DNA of 39,631 bases, taken from NCBI GenBank assembly GCA_038199465.1, contig JBBPYZ010000172.1, positions 1 to 39,631 on the forward strand, in the 5' to 3' direction. Shown one piece after another: positions 34,979 to 39,631 of this stretch. Below the pieces are notes generated by a model that worked only from the letters and a program-made list of their open reading frames with translations, searched no databases and was not told the origin of the DNA. The stretch's first letter is position 1. The number at the start of each line of letters is the position of its first letter. Origin of the DNA: Acidimicrobiales bacterium (lineage in GTDB: Bacteria; Actinomycetota; Acidimicrobiia; Acidimicrobiales; JAUJNH01). The position numbers were made by a program, and so were the translations under genes.

Positions 34979-35548
34979 TCAGAGGAGGCGGAAGGAGCCC
35001 AGGGGCCAGATCTTCACGAAGGCCCGGCCGACGATCCTGTCCTGGTCGACGGGGCCGAAGACACGGCTGTCGCTCGAGTTCGTGCGGTTGTCTCCCATCA
35101 CGAACACCTGGTGCTCCGGGATGGTGCGCCGGGCCACGGGGCCGCCCAGGCTGGAGGAGGCGCGGAACGGCTCATCCACCGGCTGGTCGTTGACGTAGAG
35201 GACGTCGCCCCGGGACTCGATGGTGTCCCCCTCAACGGCCACGACCCGCTTGATGAGGTCGCGGATGCTGCCGGCCTCGTCCGGCAGCCGCTCGAAGACG
35301 ACCACGTCGCCCCGGTTCACGTCGTGCAGGCGATAGCTGAGCTTGTACACCCGCCCCGGGTGGTGGACCTTGTGGGTGGGCACCATCGACGGGCTGGGGA
35401 TGAAGAAGGCCTGGAACAGGAACGTCTTCACCACAAAGGCGACGAGCAGGGCGCCACCGAGGATGACCACCCACTCGACCAGGTTGCGGGAGGCCGAGGG
35501 CCGCTTGCGCGCTTCAGCGGGAGCGTCGGGTGCCTCGGGGGTGGCCAT
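34979..35548 (-). CDS. lepB: Signal peptidase I
   Basis: ATG at 35548 within listed ORF 34979..36787. One TM, catalytic Ser box IPSPSMVPT, Lys box and GDNRTNSSDSR. 189 aa. Confidence 0.9.
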   Translation of the reverse strand: MATPEAPDAPAEARKRPSASRNLVEWVVILGGALLVAFVVKTFLFQAFFIPSPSMVPTHKVHHPGRVYKLSYRLHDVNRGDVVVFERLPDEAGSIRDLIKRVVAVEGDTIESRGDVLYVNDQPVDEPFRASSSLGGPVARRTIPEHQVFVMGDNRTNSSDSRVFGPVDQDRIVGRAFVKIWPLGSFRLL

Positions 35549-35562
35549 CACGAGCGCCGAGG

Positions 35563-36507
35563 CTACCGGTAGCGCTGGAGCAGCCTGGTGGCGGTCACCG
35601 CGCCCAGGTCCACCAGCTCGGGAGGGCCGTCGACCACGGTGGCGAGCGGTCCGAGCCGCACGAGCAGCCGGGCCAGCCAGCCCGGCTCGCTGACGGGCAG
35701 GTGGATGCGCAGGCGCCCCCCGCCCAGCTCCTCGACACCGTCGACGGGGTGGGAGCCGGCCACCCAGGCCGCCGCCGGGTCGAGGTCGAGGACGACCACC
35801 GGGTCGCCCGGTCGCCGGGTGTAGGCCTCGGTCGGGCCAAGCTCGGCGGGCCGCTCGAAGGGCTGATCGGTGACCCGGGCCGAGCGGACCCGGTCGACCC
35901 GGAAGTGCCGAGGCTCCTCGGCCTGGTGGTCGAGGCCCCGCAGGTACCACGACCCGCCGGAGGAGAAGAGCAGCCACGGGTCGACCAGGCGGGTCGTGAA
36001 GCGGTCCGAGCCGAAGCTGTAGTAGGCCAGCTCGACCTGGCGGCCGGCCGCCGAGGCCGTCTGCAGGTCGGCCAGCACGCCCCGGTCGGCCTCGCCCAGC
36101 TCCACCTCGACCCCCTCCCCCGGCTCGGCGCCCACGGCCACCGCCACCTTGTCGAGAGCCCGGGCCAGCGGGCCCGCAAGATCGGTGCCGGGCACCGAGA
36201 GCAGGGCCCGGGCCGTGGCCATCAGCACCAGGCCCTGAGCCGGGGTGAGGCGTAGGGGGCGCCGGAACCAGTCGGCGTAGGAGATGTGGACCTGGCCGTC
36301 CTCCAGCCACGCCTCGACGAGGGCGTCGGGGGTGAAGGGGTGGACCCCGCAGACGAAGAGAAGCTCGAGGTCGGCCCGCAGCTCGTCCTCGGTGCAGCCG
36401 AAGCGGGCGCACACCTCCTCGACGTCGGCCCCGCCCCGGGCCGCCACCCACGGCACCAGGGCCAGGAGGCGGCGGAGGCGGTCGTCGGCCGAGGTGCGTC
36501 GCGTCAT
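35563..36507 (-). CDS. pafC: WYL-domain transcriptional regulator PafC
   Basis: ATG at 36507 overlaps the pafB stop (ATGA). HTH N-domain plus WYL motif (GGSWYLRGLD). Second of two paralogous genes after pafA. Confidence 0.85.
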   Translation of the reverse strand: MTRRTSADDRLRRLLALVPWVAARGGADVEEVCARFGCTEDELRADLELLFVCGVHPFTPDALVEAWLEDGQVHISYADWFRRPLRLTPAQGLVLMATARALLSVPGTDLAGPLARALDKVAVAVGAEPGEGVEVELGEADRGVLADLQTASAAGRQVELAYYSFGSDRFTTRLVDPWLLFSSGGSWYLRGLDHQAEEPRHFRVDRVRSARVTDQPFERPAELGPTEAYTRRPGDPVVVLDLDPAAAWVAGSHPVDGVEELGGGRLRIHLPVSEPGWLARLLVRLGPLATVVDGPPELVDLGAVTATRLLQRYR

Positions 36508-37433
36508 CGGGCCGTCGCCTCGAGCCAGGCGACGACGTCGGCACGGGCCTCGGGCGGGCCGAGCACCTCGGCGTGGTCGAGGAGGGTGAGGGCGAACGAC
36601 CGGAACGCCTCGGTGTTGGCCACCGGCACCGACAGCACGACCGACCCGTCCGACCGCTGGTCCTCGACGGCGAAGGCCCCCGTGGCCCGCACCAGCTCGG
36701 CCTGGTCGGCATCGACCCACAGCCGGGCCTCATAGCGCACCTCGTCGCCCAGCAACCAGGGCGGCGGCGGGACGGCGGGCCCCGCATCGGCCGGCCGGGA
36801 AAAGGCCCCAGCAGCGCCGACCGGGCTGACCGGCCCCTCGATGCGGTCGACCCGGAACAGCCGCTGGGCGGCGCGCGAGCGGTCGAGGCCCTGCAGGTAC
36901 CAGTGGCCCCGCTGGCACGACAGCTGCCACGGCTCGACCTCCCGGGGCTCGGTCTTGTAGCCGAAGCAGACCAGCTGGCGGGCGTTGACCGCCGCCCACA
37001 GCGTCGCCAGGTGCTCGGAGCCGGGCAGGCGGGCGGTGGAGCCGGAGGGGGCGGTGATACGCTCGGCCGCCCCGCCCGTCAGCTTCCACAGGGACTCGGC
37101 CGGCGAGCCCTCGGGCAGGTCGAGCTCGACGGTGGCCAGCGCCAGGTGCAGGGCTGCCGCCTCCTCGTTGGTGAGGCCCGGGTCGGGCAGCTCGTACGCC
37201 TCGCGCTGCACCCGGTAGGCGGGCACCTGGCCGTCGACGACCTCGACCGGAACGCCCATCCGGGCCAGAGCCTCGATGTCCCGGCTGAAGGCCCGGCGGG
37301 CGGCGACGTCGTCCTCGGGATAGAGGGGCACCAGGCGCTGCAGCTCGACCCGCGCCTTGGGGTCCCGGGCTTCGAGGAGGGCGGCCAGAAGGTCGAGCAA
37401 CCGCTCCAGCTTGCGATCCTGCTCGGTGCCCAT
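36504..37433 (-). CDS. pafB: WYL-domain transcriptional regulator PafB
   Basis: ATG at 37433 (MGTEQDRKLERLLDLLAALL…). WYL motif RGHWYLQGLD. 309 aa. Confidence 0.85.
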   Translation of the reverse strand: MGTEQDRKLERLLDLLAALLEARDPKARVELQRLVPLYPEDDVAARRAFSRDIEALARMGVPVEVVDGQVPAYRVQREAYELPDPGLTNEEAAALHLALATVELDLPEGSPAESLWKLTGGAAERITAPSGSTARLPGSEHLATLWAAVNARQLVCFGYKTEPREVEPWQLSCQRGHWYLQGLDRSRAAQRLFRVDRIEGPVSPVGAAGAFSRPADAGPAVPPPPWLLGDEVRYEARLWVDADQAELVRATGAFAVEDQRSDGSVVLSVPVANTEAFRSFALTLLDHAEVLGPPEARADVVAWLEATAR

Positions 37434-38482
37434 CAGGGACGGGAGGCTACGGCCAGCCGACCGGCCACCGTGCCCGCCGCCGCGCTCCACCGGAAGAAGG
37501 CGGGGTCCAGGGCGGCCGATCGTCCCATGGTGGTGACGGCCATCCCGGCGGCTCGCAGGAGGGCGTCGACGTCGGGAACATCCTCCACCGTGCACAGGTC
37601 GTGGACGGCCAGGCCGGGGGGCAGCGGGTCGGGCCGCTCCCCGGCCGGCATCGGCACCAGCGCCCGGTGGTGCGCCGACCGCAGGGCGGCGGTGACGTGG
37701 TGGCTGACGCCCCGGTGGCGAGGCCGTGGGTCGGCTTCGGAGAAGCGGACGGCCAGGACGGGGCGGCCCCCGGCCTGGGCGGCGGCGTCGATCGCCGTGG
37801 CCACGGTCAGGCCGCTGAACCCCCGGCTGGTGCCGGTGCCGACCACCCCGGGGCCGGGGGCCACCACGATCGCCGACGCCTCGGCGCAGGCCACCGCCAC
37901 ATCCAGCCCCGAACCGAGGTTCACTGCCTCGTGGTCGCCGCCAAAGGCGTGGCCCGCGGTCACCGTGGCCGCCAGCAGACCGGTGTCGGCCAGGGCGGCC
38001 ACCAGGTCAGAGAGGGCCAGGGGAAGGGCGCCCGCGTCGGTCATCACGAACACCAGGCGCCGACCCGGGGCGGCGGCGGCGAAAGCCGCAGCCACGCACG
38101 GCAGCTGGCTGTGCAGGAAGCAGGCCACCACCGGGCGGCCGCCAAGGTCGGGCGGCGGGGTGTAGCCCGGCTCCTCCTCGGCGGCGCCAGTGTCAACCTG
38201 GAGGCTGGTGTAGCGGAGCTTCATCACATGGCCGGGACCGTCCCGGTGCCACTCCCGGCGGGAGAGGTTCCAGTGCACCACGTGCCAACCCCCCGTGCCG
38301 AGCCCGAGCAAGACCGCCGTGGTGTTCACCACCACCTCATCGCCCTCGGCCACCGGTCCCACCAGCTCGGTGAGGACGTAGGCCGGTTCGGGGGCGGGGC
38401 CGCCGAGGTCGACCTCGACCCGCTGGAGGCCGTGTCGCGCCGTCTGGAGCCGGGTGACCCGGCCGGTGGAGAAGCTGGGCAT
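37433..38482 (-). CDS. DUF3866 family protein
   Basis: 349 aa. GDEVVVNTTAVLLGLGTGGWHVV and GPGVVGTGTSRGFSG are the blocks I associate with DUF3866. Its stop overlaps the pafB ATG by 1 nt, and its start lies 12 nt after the pafA stop. Confidence 0.8.
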   Translation of the reverse strand: MPSFSTGRVTRLQTARHGLQRVEVDLGGPAPEPAYVLTELVGPVAEGDEVVVNTTAVLLGLGTGGWHVVHWNLSRREWHRDGPGHVMKLRYTSLQVDTGAAEEEPGYTPPPDLGGRPVVACFLHSQLPCVAAAFAAAAPGRRLVFVMTDAGALPLALSDLVAALADTGLLAATVTAGHAFGGDHEAVNLGSGLDVAVACAEASAIVVAPGPGVVGTGTSRGFSGLTVATAIDAAAQAGGRPVLAVRFSEADPRPRHRGVSHHVTAALRSAHHRALVPMPAGERPDPLPPGLAVHDLCTVEDVPDVDALLRAAGMAVTTMGRSAALDPAFFRWSAAAGTVAGRLAVASRP

Positions 38483-38494
38483 CCCCGGCTCAGA

Positions 38495-39631
38495 TCAGAG
38501 CCGGGCGATGAGCTTGCGGACCCGTTCGTCCTCGGACTTGAAGGGATCCTTGCACAGCACCGTCGCCTGGGTCTGGTCGTTCAGCTTGAGGTGGACCCAG
38601 TCGACGGTGAAGTCGCGCCGCTTCTCCTTGGCCCGCCTGATGAACTCGCCCCGCAGCTTGGCTCGCGTGGTCTGGGGCGGCTCGTCCATGGCCCTTTCGA
38701 TCTGGGCGTCGGTGCAGGTCCGCTCGACCATCCCCCGGCTCTGCAGGCGGTAGAACAGCCCCCGCTCGCGGCTGACGTCGTGGTACTGCAGGTCGAGGAG
38801 GGCCACCTTGGGATGGCTGAGCGACAGATCGTGCTTGGCCCGGTAGCTCTCGATCAGGTTGTGCTTGATGACCCAGTCGCACTCCCGGTCCAGCTTCCAG
38901 GGGTCGTTCTCGAGCTGGGTCATGCAGTGCTCCCACATGCCGAGCGCCTTGTCCTCCTGGGGTGGGAACCCCTTCTGATCGCGATAGCGCAGCGCCCGGT
39001 GGAGATACTCCGACTGGATGTCGATGGCTGACAGCTCCCGACCGTTGGTCAGGCGCACCTTGCGCTTGCAGGTGACATCGTGGCTGATCTCGCGGATGGC
39101 CCTGATCGGGTTGTCGAGGCTCATGTCCCGCAGCACCACACCCGGGTCCTCGAGCATGCGCAGCAGGATGGCCGTGGCCCCCACCTTCAAGAAGGTGGCG
39201 TACTCGCTCATGTTGGAGTCGCCCACGATCACGTGCAGCCGGCGGAACCGCTCGGCGTCGGCGTGGGGCTCGTCGCGGGTGTTGATGATGGGTCGGCTGC
39301 GGGTGGTGGCCGAGCTGACACCCTCCCAGATGTGCTCGGCCCGCTGGCTGATGCAGTACATCGGCCCCCGGGCCGTCTGCAGCATCTTGCCGGCGCCTGC
39401 ATAGATCTGGCGACTGACCAGGAACGGGATCAGGTGGTCCTGGTAGTGGGAGAAGTCGTCGCGCCGGCTGGTGAGGTAGTTCTCGTGGCAGCCGTAGGAG
39501 TTGCCGGCCGAGTCGGTGTTGTTCTTGAACAGGTAGATGACGCCGCGGATCCCCTCCTCGCGCAGGCGCTGCTCGGCCGAGGCGACCAGGCGGTCGAGGA
39601 TCCACTCGCCGGCCTTGTCGTGCACCACCAG
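38495..39631 (-). CDS. pafA: Pup--protein ligase PafA (N-terminal part lies beyond the window)
   Basis: Open in frame to nt 39631 (…[10 protein letters not shown]…). [35 protein letters not shown] and [10 protein letters not shown]…VLCKDPF match M. tuberculosis PafA nearly block for block, from memory. Confidence 0.95.
   Translation of the reverse strand: MVVHDKAGEWILDRLVASAEQRLREEGIRGVIYLFKNNTDSAGNSYGCHENYLTSRRDDFSHYQDHLIPFLVSRQIYAGAGKMLQTARGPMYCISQRAEHIWEGVSSATTRSRPIINTRDEPHADAERFRRLHVIVGDSNMSEYATFLKVGATAILLRMLEDPGVVLRDMSLDNPIRAIREISHDVTCKRKVRLTNGRELSAIDIQSEYLHRALRYRDQKGFPPQEDKALGMWEHCMTQLENDPWKLDRECDWVIKHNLIESYRAKHDLSLSHPKVALLDLQYHDVSRERGLFYRLQSRGMVERTCTDAQIERAMDEPPQTTRAKLRGEFIRRAKEKRRDFTVDWVHLKLNDQTQATVLCKDPFKSEDERVRKLIARL

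Overview
High-GC (about 70% by rough hand counts) actinobacterial chromosomal segment with about 44 protein-coding genes, roughly 85% of them on the minus strand. I found no rRNA, tRNA or CRISPR array. The recognisable housekeeping blocks are:
- aa3 cytochrome oxidase ctaC-ctaD-ctaF (4.8-7.6 kb)
- a cold-shock gene
- a seven-gene Asp23/DUF2273/AmaP envelope-stress operon (12.1-14.9 kb)
- maf
- a double-length ThyX-like gene next to DUF4193
- the classic actinobacterial pafA-pafB-pafC / tatA-tatC-helY array (25.5-39.6 kb)

Points worth a second look:
1. A perfect 28-bp 11-6-11 dif-like palindrome lies 11 nt from the start of a complete Xer-type tyrosine recombinase. It sits in a lower-GC islet that also carries a Tat-exported single-domain protein and two orphan ORFs.
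2. A DUF3866 gene is wedged, with overlapping stop/start codons, between pafA and pafB, and lepB follows directly after pafC.
3. A block of about 6 kb interrupts the otherwise conserved pafC-tatA junction. It contains a 3.15-kb secreted zincin/DUF11/RTX gene broken by five +/-1 indels in G/C runs.
4. A secreted zincin carries three tandem copies of an uncharacterised domain of about 118 aa.
5. A 74-aa ORF with a J-domain-like HPD motif sits inside the Asp23 operon.
6. In the tandem ThyX-like protein, the two halves keep complementary parts of the ThyX motif.

All functional calls rest on motif recognition from the translated ORFs. No database search was possible. Many long alternative-frame or antisense ORFs in the track are high-GC shadow ORFs and are not reported as genes.
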